A stretch of DNA of 36,307 nucleotides from Eubacteriales bacterium (GCA_045649365.1 JAZRPU010000060.1:1-36307); one strand, 5' to 3'; positions 16,293-26,641 are shown, counted from the first letter of the stretch. The notes: generated by a model from the letters alone, not told the origin. Translations and numbers: made by a program.

Positions 16293-17237
16293 TTAACAAT
16301 GAAGACAGCCCAAACCCTCAAAATGCTCAACTCGTCTTTCCATATACGTTTCGAGGTTTTCAAAAATCAGTTTTTTGAGGCGTGTATCGTTTCCATCGGA
16401 AACAAAAGAATTGTGCGGTGAAAGGTCTACGTTGGGAAGTTCCCAAAGGAGAGATGCTTCACACAATGGCTCTGACTCGAAAACATCTAACGCGGCTGAA
16501 ATTTTTCCCGATTTTAGCGTTTCTATAAGAGTGCTTTCATCTATAAGACCACCTCGCGCAACGTTTATAAGCAGGCTGTTTTCTTTCATCGCCGAAAAAG
16601 CCGATTTACCGAAAATGCCTTTTGTCATGCTTGTAAGCGGCAACGTTAAAATTATAATATCTGATTTTTTGAGAGCGTTTTCCATGTCTGAAACGTGGAT
16701 ATATTCTGAAATATATGGAGATTCAACAGGGTAAACGTCAACAGCAATAACGTTGCAACCAAAAGCAGAGAAACGTTTTCCGCATTCAGCACCAATGCTT
16801 CCAAATCCCACAATGCAAACAGTTTTGCCGCAAAGCTCTGTGAGAGAACGATTTTTCTCCCATTTTTTGCTTTTTTGGTTTTCTTTGAAAAAAGAAGTCT
16901 TTTTTACATAATCCAACGCTTTGCACATTGCCCATTCTGCCATAGGAATGCTATAAACTCCTCTTGCGGTTTGCAAAGATATTCCCTTTTCGGTGATTTT
17001 TTCCATGGGAACTCTGTCTGTTCCCGCACTTGTGAGCTGTATATATTTGAGGGATGAAAACTTTTCAATGTCATTATTTACAAAAAGAGAATTACAAATT
17101 ACTGCTTCAAATTCGCTGACGTCAATATCAGTTTCAAACCGTTCATCTTGCAAAAACGTGACTTCTCCGGAAATTTTTTTCAGTTTAAGCAATTCTTCCT
17201 CTGAAAGCTTTAATGCACCCGTTACAAGAAGTTTCAT
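16293..17237 (-). CDS. D-isomer-specific 2-hydroxyacid dehydrogenase family NAD(P)-dependent oxidoreductase
   Basis: GKTVCIVGFGSIGAECGKRF Rossmann motif, the NVARGGLIDE catalytic Arg region, and SPHNSF (catalytic His). Confidence 0.85.
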   Translation of the reverse strand: MKLLVTGALKLSEEELLKLKKISGEVTFLQDERFETDIDVSEFEAVICNSLFVNNDIEKFSSLKYIQLTSAGTDRVPMEKITEKGISLQTARGVYSIPMAEWAMCKALDYVKKTSFFKENQKSKKWEKNRSLTELCGKTVCIVGFGSIGAECGKRFSAFGCNVIAVDVYPVESPYISEYIHVSDMENALKKSDIIILTLPLTSMTKGIFGKSAFSAMKENSLLINVARGGLIDESTLIETLKSGKISAALDVFESEPLCEASLLWELPNVDLSPHNSFVSDGNDTRLKKLIFENLETYMERRVEHFEGLGCLHC

Positions 17238-17241
17238 AGGA

Positions 17242-17844
17242 TTATACCTTTGCCTTTCCGGAGAAAAATTCTTTCACAGCTAAAGCGGCAATTCTTGCTG
17301 TGGCGTCGATTCCTGCCTCACTGTTTAGCATGAGGTCATAGTTTCTGTAATCTCCCCATTTCATGTGGGTATTGAACTGATAATAATCAGCTCTTTCTCT
17401 GTCTTTTCTTGTGATATATCGTTCGAGATTTTTTTCTGTGCATCCATAGTGGTCGCGCACTCTTGCCATTCTGTGTTCAAAAGGAGCATAAACAAAGAGA
17501 TTGAAGCAGTTTTCAAAATCTTTCAGTATATGGTCTGCACATCTTCCCACAATAATACAGCTTTCGGTTTTGGCAAGATTTTTTATAACGTTGGATTGAG
17601 CAATATATACCATGTCGGAAATTGGCAAGGTTTGTACAGACATTTGAAGAGAATACAGAAAACTGCTTGTTTTTTTCTGTTCATGCATTTTAATGATTTC
17701 TTCGGAAAGTCCGCTATCTTTGGCGGCAAGAGTTATCATTTCCTTGTCATAACAAGGAATGCCCAAAAGCTCTGAAAGCTTTCTTGCTACCATGTGACCG
17801 CCTGACCCATGTTCTCTGCCTACGGTAATTATATAATTATTCAT
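17242..17844 (-). CDS. Cytidylate kinase-like family protein
   Basis: N-terminus IITVGREHGSGGHMVARKLSELLGIPCYDKEMI is typical of this family. 4 nt upstream of the dehydrogenase gene. Confidence 0.75.
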   Translation of the reverse strand: MNNYIITVGREHGSGGHMVARKLSELLGIPCYDKEMITLAAKDSGLSEEIIKMHEQKKTSSFLYSLQMSVQTLPISDMVYIAQSNVIKNLAKTESCIIVGRCADHILKDFENCFNLFVYAPFEHRMARVRDHYGCTEKNLERYITRKDRERADYYQFNTHMKWGDYRNYDLMLNSEAGIDATARIAALAVKEFFSGKAKV

Positions 17845-17945
17845 AGTGATACCTCCTTGATAATCTTATAAAATGATTATATCATTAAAAAAAGTAAAAT
17901 TCAAGAGGTAAATGAAAGGTTTGAATACGTCTGAAAGATGGATTT

Positions 17946-18992
17946 TTACTTCTCTCCGAATATAGAAAGCGTGATGGATTGAGCGAGGCAATCCAATCCG
18001 TCTTTGTTCAAAGCGGAAACGTATATTTCCTCCAATTCTTTATGACGCTGCATTGCTTCGGATATATAGCTTTGGGCTTCTGAAAGAATAAGGGCTTCTG
18101 TTTTGGAGAGAAAGTTTTTCTTTTCCCTGTATTGTTTCAGAAAAGGACTTTTTTCAAAACGGGACGCGCTTACGTTTTCACCGATTTTTCCCCATTTTGA
18201 AGATATAAAAAGTCTTTTGGAAAACGGGAAATACAATGCTGCTGTTTCTTGTGTGTCAATGGGAGAGGGAGCCCATACTGATGATAAACCATATTCTTCT
18301 GACAAAAGCTTTAAAGTCCCCAGAATGAAAGGGGCGAAAGCTTCATTTATAAGATATGTTTTTTCTGCTTCTACAAAGGATTTAAGTTGTGATATTCCGT
18401 TTTTTCCAAAGGCAATACAGCTTCTTCGTAAAATAGTTCCTTCAGATTTTTGGGATTTTTCTTTCTGTATAATGTTCATGCAAAATTTAAAACCTTTTGC
18501 GGAATCGTAGCATTCTTCAAGAAGTCTGTTTTTTAATGTGTTTAAAGCTGTTACAGCACGGAGTAGAGTGCCCGCTTGATTGAAAAGTGATTTTTTTTGG
18601 TCTGACAGCAAAATGATATCTTCCTTTTTTTCTTCCAGCTTTTCAGACGAAATATAATCTCCTGTATTTATTATGGTTTCCACAGCTATAGGATAAGAGC
18701 TTTCCATAACGTGAGGTGACGTTCCGTCAACAATAACAAAGGATAAAGAGGGAATAACGACTCCGTCAAGGGAGAAAGGGTCTGACGAACAGTATATTCG
18801 CTCAACTGATTCTCCTACATCTTCTGCTGCCGATGCTATTTTTTTCATCAAAGTGGATTTTCCTGACCCTGGAGTGCCTTTGATTATATAGATTTTTTCC
18901 GCACCTTTAGTTGCATCGGGAAGAAAGTTTGTGAATCCCTCACCTGTGAAAGAGCCTGCAAAGTATTCGGGTATGATGGGTCTTTTTTTCAT
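17946..18992 (-). CDS. Conserved P-loop ATPase of unknown function (PRK06851-like by recollection)
   Basis: Walker A GTPGSGKSTLMKKI, then CSSDPFSLDGVVIPSLSFVIVDGTSPHVME. Confidence 0.65.
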   Translation of the reverse strand: MKKRPIIPEYFAGSFTGEGFTNFLPDATKGAEKIYIIKGTPGSGKSTLMKKIASAAEDVGESVERIYCSSDPFSLDGVVIPSLSFVIVDGTSPHVMESSYPIAVETIINTGDYISSEKLEEKKEDIILLSDQKKSLFNQAGTLLRAVTALNTLKNRLLEECYDSAKGFKFCMNIIQKEKSQKSEGTILRRSCIAFGKNGISQLKSFVEAEKTYLINEAFAPFILGTLKLLSEEYGLSSVWAPSPIDTQETAALYFPFSKRLFISSKWGKIGENVSASRFEKSPFLKQYREKKNFLSKTEALILSEAQSYISEAMQRHKELEEIYVSALNKDGLDCLAQSITLSIFGEK

Positions 18993-19276
18993 TTAAGTGA
19001 ATCCTCCGAAAAAGTTTTATCGATTTAAAAAAGTTTGGATATTTAAAAGGAATTTGGTAAAAACATGATTAAAAATAGCCCAATTTGTCAGAAATGTTTA
19101 AAATATATTCGTACTGTTTAGAAAATCTATTATTATTTTCTGTTGATTTTTTTGAAAATAAGATATATAATAATGGTAAAATGGAGCATTGTGTGTGCTC
19201 TGTCCGTTGTATAGTATGCGGAAGCGAATGATTTTGACAATAAAAAATATATTTGACTATCGAGGAGACGGTATCT

Positions 19277-20008
19277 ATGAAACTACTTGTTATGGCAGGC
19301 GGCAAAGGCAAACGTCTTGGAAGTGAATTAACGGGCATTCCCAAAGCAATGAGAAAAGCATGCGGAAAACCGTTATTGCACTATATTTTGAAGAATACTG
19401 ATTTTATCCCCGAAGAAGATAAAATACTTATCGTCGGATTTATGAAAGAGGTAATCCTTGAAGCATATCCCGATTTGGCGTATGTTTTCCAGGCTGAACA
19501 AAAGGGAACGGGACATGCTGTTATGTGTGCTAATGAAGCGTTGGCGGATTATGACGGTAACGTTATGGTTGTTAACGGTGACATGCCATTGGTTGAAAAG
19601 GAAACTCTTGAAAAGCTTGCTGAATATCATCAGCTTAAGGGGAACGATTGTACTATACTCACTTGCATTCAGGAAGATGGAGAAATAATGCCCTACGGAA
19701 GAATTGTGAGAGATGAAAACGGTGAATTTAAAGGCGTTGTGGAACAAAAGGATGCAACGGAGGAAGAACGCCTTATTAGAGAGCTTAACGTGGGAATGTA
19801 CGTTTTCGACAGCAAAAAGCTTTTTGAATCGTTGAAAATGGTATCTGCGAGCAGAGCAACGGGGGAATATTATATAACTGACGTTCCTCATATTATGAAA
19901 AAAATGGGCTTTAAGGTTGACGCTTTTTCCTATGGACACATAGATGAATTTTTTGGCGTTAATACTGAAGAAGACCTTAAACGTGTTGAAGAGTTACTTA
20001 ATAAATAA
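19277..20008 (+). CDS. Sugar-phosphate nucleotidyltransferase (GlmU N-terminal-domain-like, lacking the LbH acetyltransferase domain)
   Basis: MKLLVMAGGKGKRL, KGTGHAV and VNGDMPL motifs. ATG 19277 lies 9 nt after GAGGAG; the ORF track starts at an upstream TTG. Confidence 0.8.
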   Translation: MKLLVMAGGKGKRLGSELTGIPKAMRKACGKPLLHYILKNTDFIPEEDKILIVGFMKEVILEAYPDLAYVFQAEQKGTGHAVMCANEALADYDGNVMVVNGDMPLVEKETLEKLAEYHQLKGNDCTILTCIQEDGEIMPYGRIVRDENGEFKGVVEQKDATEEERLIRELNVGMYVFDSKKLFESLKMVSASRATGEYYITDVPHIMKKMGFKVDAFSYGHIDEFFGVNTEEDLKRVEELLNK

Positions 20009-20044
20009 TTTAAACCGAGTTGAAATCTAAGGAGATTTAAAATT

Positions 20045-21874
20045 TTGATTAGAGAAGATTTGCGTAACATCGCTATTATTGCCCACGTTGACCATGGCAA
20101 AACAACTCTCGTTGACGAAATGTTGAAATTCAGCGGAACGTTTCGTGACAACAGCGCTGTAGAAGAGAGAGTTATGGACTCTAACGATCTTGAAAAAGAA
20201 AGAGGAATTACCATTCTTGCTAAAAACACCTCTGCTTACTATAAAGATGTTAAGATAAACATTATCGATACCCCGGGACACGCTGACTTTGGTGGGGAAG
20301 TAGAACGTATTCTTAAAATGGTAAACGGCGTTTTGCTGTTGGTTGATGCAGCTGAAGGCCCTATGCCTCAAACGCGTTTTGTTCTTCAAAAGGCTATTGA
20401 GTTAGGACATAAAATTATCGTTGTTGTAAACAAGATTGATAAACCGGATGCAAGAGTTTATGAAGTAAGTGATGAAGTTCTTGAGCTTCTCATGGATTTG
20501 GAAGCCTCCAACGAACAGCTTGACAGCCCCGTTGTATTTTGCTCGGGAAGAAACGGAACAGCTTCTTATTCTCCTGACCATCAGGGAACAGACCTTGCTC
20601 CTCTTTTTGATAAGATTTTAGAGCATATCCCAGGCCCTGAAGGTGATGAAACGGGAGAAGCACAAATGCTCGTTTCTGCGGTGGATTACAGCGACTACGT
20701 TGGTAAAATAGCCATCGGAAAAATAGAAAGAGGCTCTTTCAAGGTTAAACAAGATGTTTTGGTATGCGACATTGACGGAAACAGCTCTAAAGGGAGAATT
20801 ACTGCTATGTACGCCATATCTGGTCTTTCAAGGAATCCCATTGAAACAGCATCTGTAGGTGATATCGTTTGTATTTCCGGCGCTGAAGACGTAACTATCG
20901 GTAAAACTCTTTGTTCCGTTGAAGGCGGTGCTGACCCAATTCCTTTTGTTAAGATTGGCGAGCCTACAATGGAAATGACCTTCTCCGTTAATAACGGCCC
21001 TTTTGCGGGTAAGGAAGGTAAATATGTAACCTCCCGTCATATAAGAGATTATCTTTTCAAAGAAGCTATGAAAGATATGTCTTTGAAGGTTGAGGAAACG
21101 GATTCCACAGACTCCTTTAACGTAAGAGGAAGAGGAGAAATGCACCTTTCCATTCTTATGGAAAACATGCGTAGAGCTGGATATGAATTTTTGGTAAGCA
21201 CACCCCGTATTATTTATAAAACTATAGACGGTGTTCTTTGTGAACCTATTGACAGAGCTGTTTTCGACGTTCCTAACGAATTTGTTGGCGTTGTTATGGA
21301 AAAAATGGGTTACAGAAAGGGTATCCTTGAAGACATGGGCCCTAAAGGCGAATCTCGTTCACAGTTGGAATTCCTTGTTCCCACAAGAGGACTTTTCGGA
21401 TATAAAACCGAATTTCTTACAGATACAAAGGGAGAGGGAATAATGAGCTCCGTGTTTGAAAAATATGACGTGGAACGCGGAGAAGTTACTAAACGTTTTA
21501 CAGGCTCTCTAATCTCTTATGAAGATGGCGAAGCTACCTCTTATGGTATTTTCAACGCTCAAGAAAGAGGACTCATGTTCGTTGACCCTGCGGATAAGGT
21601 TTATATGGGTATGCTTGTTGGACTTTCTCCTAAAGGAACGGATATTGTAGTTAACGTTTGTAAGAAAAAACATCTTACAGCCATTCGTTCAACAGGTGCG
21701 GATGAAGCTTTAAGACTTGTTCCTCCCAAAAAGATGACTCTTGAAGAAGCTATGGAGTTTATTGCAGATGACGAGCTTATTGAAGTAACGCCTAAAAGCA
21801 TTCGTATGAGAAAACGTATTCTTGATAATGCTACTCGTATGAAGGTAAATGCAAAATTGACAAAAGACAAATAA
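20045..21874 (+). CDS. typA: Translational GTPase TypA/BipA
   Basis: [31 protein letters not shown] and NKID motifs; 609 aa; TTG start after AAGGAG. Confidence 0.93.
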   Translation: MIREDLRNIAIIAHVDHGKTTLVDEMLKFSGTFRDNSAVEERVMDSNDLEKERGITILAKNTSAYYKDVKINIIDTPGHADFGGEVERILKMVNGVLLLVDAAEGPMPQTRFVLQKAIELGHKIIVVVNKIDKPDARVYEVSDEVLELLMDLEASNEQLDSPVVFCSGRNGTASYSPDHQGTDLAPLFDKILEHIPGPEGDETGEAQMLVSAVDYSDYVGKIAIGKIERGSFKVKQDVLVCDIDGNSSKGRITAMYAISGLSRNPIETASVGDIVCISGAEDVTIGKTLCSVEGGADPIPFVKIGEPTMEMTFSVNNGPFAGKEGKYVTSRHIRDYLFKEAMKDMSLKVEETDSTDSFNVRGRGEMHLSILMENMRRAGYEFLVSTPRIIYKTIDGVLCEPIDRAVFDVPNEFVGVVMEKMGYRKGILEDMGPKGESRSQLEFLVPTRGLFGYKTEFLTDTKGEGIMSSVFEKYDVERGEVTKRFTGSLISYEDGEATSYGIFNAQERGLMFVDPADKVYMGMLVGLSPKGTDIVVNVCKKKHLTAIRSTGADEALRLVPPKKMTLEEAMEFIADDELIEVTPKSIRMRKRILDNATRMKVNAKLTKDK

Positions 21875-21926
21875 TTCGGAAATCAGAAGTTTGTTTTTTG
21901 GGTTTTGACTGAAAAAATAATATAAT

Positions 21927-21968
21927 AAAAATCCTGCATTCCATTTGTTTGGTTTGCAGGATTTTTTC
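21927..21968 (+). terminator. Rho-independent terminator of typA
   Basis: AAAATCCTGCA/TGCAGGATTTT stem followed by a T-run. Confidence 0.75.
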
Positions 21969-22076
21969 ATTGAAAATATCTTATTTGCATTGATTCTGTT
22001 TTTTGATAAAAAGTGAAAGCTTTTTCAAAAACACAAAAAAGTTTTCAGTATAACACTTTTAAATAATCTGGAATAA

Positions 22077-22131
22077 TAAAAACTGCCTATGTTTTCCGCC
22101 TTTCAAAGAAAGGCGATGCATGGGCAGTTTT
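22077..22131 (-). terminator. Nested hairpin terminator of the small XRE gene
   Basis: AAAACTGCC…GGCAGTTTT outer stem and CGCCTTTC-aaa-GAAAGGCG inner stem; T-run on the minus strand. Confidence 0.65.
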
Positions 22132-22375
22132 ATTTTTCTATTTCTAAATCTTCAGATAGGAAAATTTCATCGTTTAAAAATTCGCAAAGGGACATATTAA
22201 ATCCTTTTGAAAGCATAATAACTGTGCTCAAGGTTACCGTTTTGTTTCTACCGTTCATTATACATTGCATGCTTCCATGTTGTATGCCCGACTCTTGTTC
22301 TAAACGATATTGAGATATATTTTTTTCTTTGAGAAGCTTTGATATGCGCTTTGCGACAGCATCATTTACAGTCAA
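22130..22375 (-). CDS. XRE-family HTH transcriptional regulator (81 aa)
   Basis: RISKLLKEKNISQYRLEQESGIQHGSMQCIMNG is a Cro/C1-type HTH. Divergent from the SLOG-like gene. Confidence 0.8.
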   Translation of the reverse strand: MTVNDAVAKRISKLLKEKNISQYRLEQESGIQHGSMQCIMNGRNKTVTLSTVIMLSKGFNMSLCEFLNDEIFLSEDLEIEK

Positions 22376-22459
22376 GGGAATACCTCCTAAAAGAAATGGT
22401 ACATATTTATTTTACCCAAAAAACAAAAAAATATAAGAAGGCACACCTACATAAAAAGC

Positions 22460-22504
22460 TTGATTTTTGTTTTTTCTCGTGATATAGTGTGTAGGTATAA
22501 CTAC
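22460..22504 (+). promoter_or_regulatory. Promoter (TTGATT-17-TGaTATAGT) followed by the imperfect palindrome GTAGGTATAACTAC
   Basis: -35 at 22460-22465 and -10 at 22483-22488. The palindrome at 22491-22504 matches at 12/14 positions. CTACATAA also occurs at about 22448. Confidence 0.55.
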
Positions 22505-22526
22505 ATAACAGCGAGGAGGGCTAATT

Positions 22527-22967
22527 TTGATTATTTATTTTTGTGGGCATTCTGATTTCAAGGAAACAAAGCAAAGTGAACAAAAAATAGTATCATTTTT
22601 AGAAAAAACGATTGGAGATAATAATGCGGATATGTATTTGGGCGGATATGGAAATTTTGATGAATTTGCATATAAGTGTTGCAAAAAATACAAAGAATCA
22701 CACTCAAATGTTTCGCTGATATTTGTTACACCATATTTGACGTTTCAATATCAAAAGAATCATTTGCTGCATTTAAAATGCAGATATGATGCTGTTATCT
22801 ATCCTGAAATAGAAGAAAAACCTTTACGATTTGCTATACTATATCGCAATAAATGGATGGTTGAAAAAGCTGATTATGTTGTTTGCGCTATAGAGCGAAG
22901 CTTTGGCGGAGCGTATAAAATTTATTTGTACGCACAGAGAAAGAAAAAAATAATTTTAATGTATTAG
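22527..22967 (+). CDS. SLOG-superfamily protein (DUF1273 / YpsA-YoqJ-like)
   Basis: TTG start 7 nt after GGAGG. The N-terminal IYFCGHSDF and the LGGYGNFDEFA segment resemble the DUF1273 Rossmann-like pattern as I recall it. Confidence 0.5.
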   Translation: MIIYFCGHSDFKETKQSEQKIVSFLEKTIGDNNADMYLGGYGNFDEFAYKCCKKYKESHSNVSLIFVTPYLTFQYQKNHLLHLKCRYDAVIYPEIEEKPLRFAILYRNKWMVEKADYVVCAIERSFGGAYKIYLYAQRKKKIILMY

Positions 22968-23070
22968 AGTTGAAGACATAAAAAATATCCCGTTTCCCTT
23001 GACTTTTTAGGTGGGTGCTGTTATAATTTATAAGTAAAAATATAAATTGAAAATGGGAAGGTTCTGCATT

Positions 23071-23916
23071 ATGGATAATAAAAATGAATACAGCGTTCTT
23101 ACAACAGAGGGAAACAACGAAAAAAGTAAAAATATAGACAAGATGTCTTCTGTTGAAATTGCAACACTTATAAACAACGAAGATAAAACCGTACCTTTGG
23201 CAGTTGAAAAGGCAATTCCTGAAATTGCACAGGTTATTGATATTTGTGCAGAAGCAATTAAAAACGGAGGCAGAATTTTCTACGTTGGTGCGGGAACGTC
23301 GGGAAGACTCGGTGTTCTTGATGCTTCTGAATGTCCTCCTACCTACGGTACATCTCCTGAGATTGTACAAGGTATAATTGCAGGTGGCAGAGAAGCCGCA
23401 TTCAGAGCAATTGAAAGAGCGGAAGATGATACGAACTCCGTAATAATTCAGCTTAAAGAAGCATCATTTTGTGAAAAAGACGTATGCATCGGACTTTCTG
23501 CCAGCGGGTCTGCACCATGTGTAAGAGGTGCATTGCAATATGCAAAGGAGTTGGGTGCAAAAACCGCATCTATTGCCTGTAACGTTAATCCCGCGGCGGC
23601 GGAATTTGCCGACGTTTCTATAGTTGCAGTAGTTGGTCCTGAAGTTGTAAGCGGCTCTACCCGAATGAAAGCGGGAACTGCACAAAAGCTTATTTTGAAT
23701 ATGATATCCACGGGAGCTATGGTAAGAATAGGGCGTGTTATCGGGAATTATCTTGCATATATGCGACCTACCAATAAAAAGCTTTTGGACAGAGCAGCAA
23801 GAATTGTTATCTCTCAAACGGGATGTGAATATGAAATGGCTGTGGAGGCTGTTAAAGCCGCGGGCGGTCAGATTATTGATGCTATTGACTCTGTTAAGGA
23901 GCAGATGAAAAAATGA
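23071..23916 (+). CDS. murQ: N-acetylmuramic acid 6-phosphate etherase
   Basis: Close match to recalled E. coli MurQ: INNEDKTVPLAVE, GAGTSGRLGVLDASECPPTYG, GSTRMKAGTAQKLILNM. Confidence 0.9.
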   Translation: MDNKNEYSVLTTEGNNEKSKNIDKMSSVEIATLINNEDKTVPLAVEKAIPEIAQVIDICAEAIKNGGRIFYVGAGTSGRLGVLDASECPPTYGTSPEIVQGIIAGGREAAFRAIERAEDDTNSVIIQLKEASFCEKDVCIGLSASGSAPCVRGALQYAKELGAKTASIACNVNPAAAEFADVSIVAVVGPEVVSGSTRMKAGTAQKLILNMISTGAMVRIGRVIGNYLAYMRPTNKKLLDRAARIVISQTGCEYEMAVEAVKAAGGQIIDAIDSVKEQMKK

Positions 23917-24794
23917 AAATATCAGAAATAGTTAAAAATAACGAAATTACACTTTCTTGTGAAATGTTTCCTCCTAAAGTTGGAACCGCATTAACAGAGG
24001 TAAAAACTGTTGTGGAAGAAATATCAAAGCTTTCTCCCGCATATATGAGTGTAACCTACGGTGCGGGTGGCGGAACGAGAAAAACCACCGTTGACGTTGC
24101 CGACGAAATTCAAAACGTAAGAGGCGTTACTGCTCTTGCACATCTCACTTGTGTAAGCTGTAACAGGGAAAAAGCTCACGATGTTCTTTCTGACCTTAAA
24201 GCAAAGGGGATAGAAAACGTTTTGGCGTTGAGGGGAGATGCTCCCATCGGAATGGAGCCTGAAACGGATTTTCTTCATGCAAGCGACTTAACAAAAGAGA
24301 TAAAAGCTTTTGGCGATTTTTGTGTTGGCGGTGCATGTTATCCCGAGGGACATCCCGAAGCATCTTCTTTAGACGAGGACATAGAGAATCTTAAATATAA
24401 GATAGATGCTGGATGCGAATTTTTAACAACACAGATGTTTTTTGAAAACCACGTTTTGTATGCATATCTTTTGAAAATGCTTAAAGCGGGAATAAACGTT
24501 CCCGTGTTTGCGGGAATCATGCCCGTAACGAGTGTTAAGCAAATAGACAGAATCTGTTCTCTCTCAGGAACAAACGTTCCCGAACGTTTCAAGAGAATAG
24601 CCGACCGTTTCGCCCATGACCCCGAATCAATGAAGCAAGCGGGAATTGCATACGCCACGGAACAGATTATAGACTTGATTGCTAACGGTGTAAATAATAT
24701 ACATATATACACTATGAATAAACCTGACACCGCAAGAAAGATTTTTGACAATCTTTCATCTATCATAAAAACGAAAAAAAGTAGGAACGTATAA
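23913..24794 (+). CDS. metF: Methylenetetrahydrofolate reductase
   Basis: SCEMFPPK, SVTYGAGG, LRGD and TQMFF motifs; the start overlaps the murQ stop (ATGA). Confidence 0.88.
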   Translation: MKISEIVKNNEITLSCEMFPPKVGTALTEVKTVVEEISKLSPAYMSVTYGAGGGTRKTTVDVADEIQNVRGVTALAHLTCVSCNREKAHDVLSDLKAKGIENVLALRGDAPIGMEPETDFLHASDLTKEIKAFGDFCVGGACYPEGHPEASSLDEDIENLKYKIDAGCEFLTTQMFFENHVLYAYLLKMLKAGINVPVFAGIMPVTSVKQIDRICSLSGTNVPERFKRIADRFAHDPESMKQAGIAYATEQIIDLIANGVNNIHIYTMNKPDTARKIFDNLSSIIKTKKSRNV

Positions 24795-26596
24795 TGAAAA
24801 GCTTGCTTAAACTTGTAGAACGCCCCGGAAGATATTGCGGCGGAGAATACGGAGAAGTTATTAAAGATAAATCAAAAATAAAGTTGAGAGTTGCTTTTTG
24901 CTTTCCCGATTTATATGAAATAGGCGAATCCAACCTTGGTATGAAAATACTTATGGGTTGTCTGAATAAAGAAGATGATATTTGGTGCGAGCGCACTTTT
25001 GCTCCTGCAGAGGATATGAGAAAGCTTATGCTTGAGAGAGGGGTTTCTCTGTCTACCATAGAAAGCGGAGATGCTTTGAGGGATTTTGATATTATCTGCT
25101 TTACTCTTCAATATGAGCTTTGCTACACCACAGTTCTTGATATGCTCAAACTGGCGGGAATTCCTTTGAAAAGCGAAGAAAGAGGAGAAAACTATCCTCT
25201 TATCGTTGCAGGCGGCCCTTGTGCATATAATCCCGAGCCTATGGCAGATTTTATTGACCTGTTCAGCATTGGAGAGGGAGAAGACGCTATTCCTCACATG
25301 GCAAAGGAGTATTTGAGGTTTAAAACCGAGGGAAAAAGCAAGTCTGAATATTTACGTCATATATGCCACTCTGACGGAATGTACGTTCCTTCTCTCTATG
25401 ACGTGGAGTATAATGAAAACGGTACGGTAAAAAACATTTCCGCAAAATATGATGACGTTCCCCAAAAGGTAAAAAAGACAATTGTGGAAGATATGGATTC
25501 TTCTTTTTATCCCACTTGTCCAATGGTGCCATACGTTGAGGTCGTTCATGACAGAGTTGTTCTTGAGGTTTTCAGAGGATGTATAAGAGGTTGCCGTTTT
25601 TGTCAAGCGGGCTTTGTTTACAGACCTTACAGAGAGCGTTCTGCGGAAATTCTTGATAAATATGCCAAAGAAAACGTTAAAAATACGGGATATGGAGAAA
25701 TATCGCTTTCCGCTTTAAGTATAAGCGATTATACACAGCTTGATTCGTTACTTGATAAGCTGTTGTCATGGACAGAACAGAAAAAAATCAATCTTTCTCT
25801 TCCCTCTATGCGTCTTGACAGCTTTTATGAAGAGCTTTTGAAAAAGGCAATGAACGTTAGACAAAGCGGACTCACCTTTGCCCCCGAAGCAGGAACACAA
25901 AGATTGAGAGATGTTATTAATAAAAATATAACTATGGATAATATCCTAACTTCTTGCGAAGCGGCTTTTGACGCGGGAAGAAATTCCATGAAGCTTTATT
26001 TCATGAACGGACTTCCAACGGAAACAGATGAAGACGTTTTGGGTATTGCTGACGTGGGAGAAAAAATCCTTGATACATATTTTTCAAAGAAACGCCCTGT
26101 AAAAGGAATACAAATCGGAATGAGTGTTTCTTGTTTCGTTCCAAAACCTTTCACTCCTTTTCAATGGGAGGGGCAAAACTCTGTTGAGGAATTTGAGCGA
26201 AAGCAACAGCTTTTGAAAAATGCTATACGTTCAAGAAAAATATCATATAAATATCATGATGCAAAAACAAGTGCTATAGAAGCGGTTTTTGCCCGCGGAA
26301 ACAGAAAAATAGGAAAAGCTCTTGAAATAGCAGCGTCAAAGGACGTTCGTCTTGATAGCTGGGACGAGTATTTTGACTATGATAAATGGATTCAGACCTT
26401 TGAAGAGGTGGGAATCGACCCGAAATTCTTTACAGAACGTAAGATTCCTTTTGAAGAAACTCTTCCTTGGGACCATATCGATTGCGGCGTTAGCAAGGAA
26501 TTTCTTATTCGCGAAGCTAAAAAAGCTTACGGTGAAGAAACGACCCCCGATTGCAGAACAAAATGCTCTGCTTGTGGACATAAATGCCAAAAATAG
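24794..26596 (+). CDS. Radical SAM protein with N-terminal B12-binding-like domain (TIGR03960-like, function unknown)
   Basis: The CIRGCRFCQAG motif is CxxxCxxC; 600 aa. The start overlaps the metF stop (TAATG). The downstream DUF2344/TIGR03936-like partner supports the family call. Confidence 0.8.
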   Translation: MKSLLKLVERPGRYCGGEYGEVIKDKSKIKLRVAFCFPDLYEIGESNLGMKILMGCLNKEDDIWCERTFAPAEDMRKLMLERGVSLSTIESGDALRDFDIICFTLQYELCYTTVLDMLKLAGIPLKSEERGENYPLIVAGGPCAYNPEPMADFIDLFSIGEGEDAIPHMAKEYLRFKTEGKSKSEYLRHICHSDGMYVPSLYDVEYNENGTVKNISAKYDDVPQKVKKTIVEDMDSSFYPTCPMVPYVEVVHDRVVLEVFRGCIRGCRFCQAGFVYRPYRERSAEILDKYAKENVKNTGYGEISLSALSISDYTQLDSLLDKLLSWTEQKKINLSLPSMRLDSFYEELLKKAMNVRQSGLTFAPEAGTQRLRDVINKNITMDNILTSCEAAFDAGRNSMKLYFMNGLPTETDEDVLGIADVGEKILDTYFSKKRPVKGIQIGMSVSCFVPKPFTPFQWEGQNSVEEFERKQQLLKNAIRSRKISYKYHDAKTSAIEAVFARGNRKIGKALEIAASKDVRLDSWDEYFDYDKWIQTFEEVGIDPKFFTERKIPFEETLPWDHIDCGVSKEFLIREAKKAYGEETTPDCRTKCSACGHKCQK

Positions 26597-26641
26597 TGTG
26601 GTTTTAGTCGCGTTGTAGAATTGTTTAATTAGGAGAAAACA

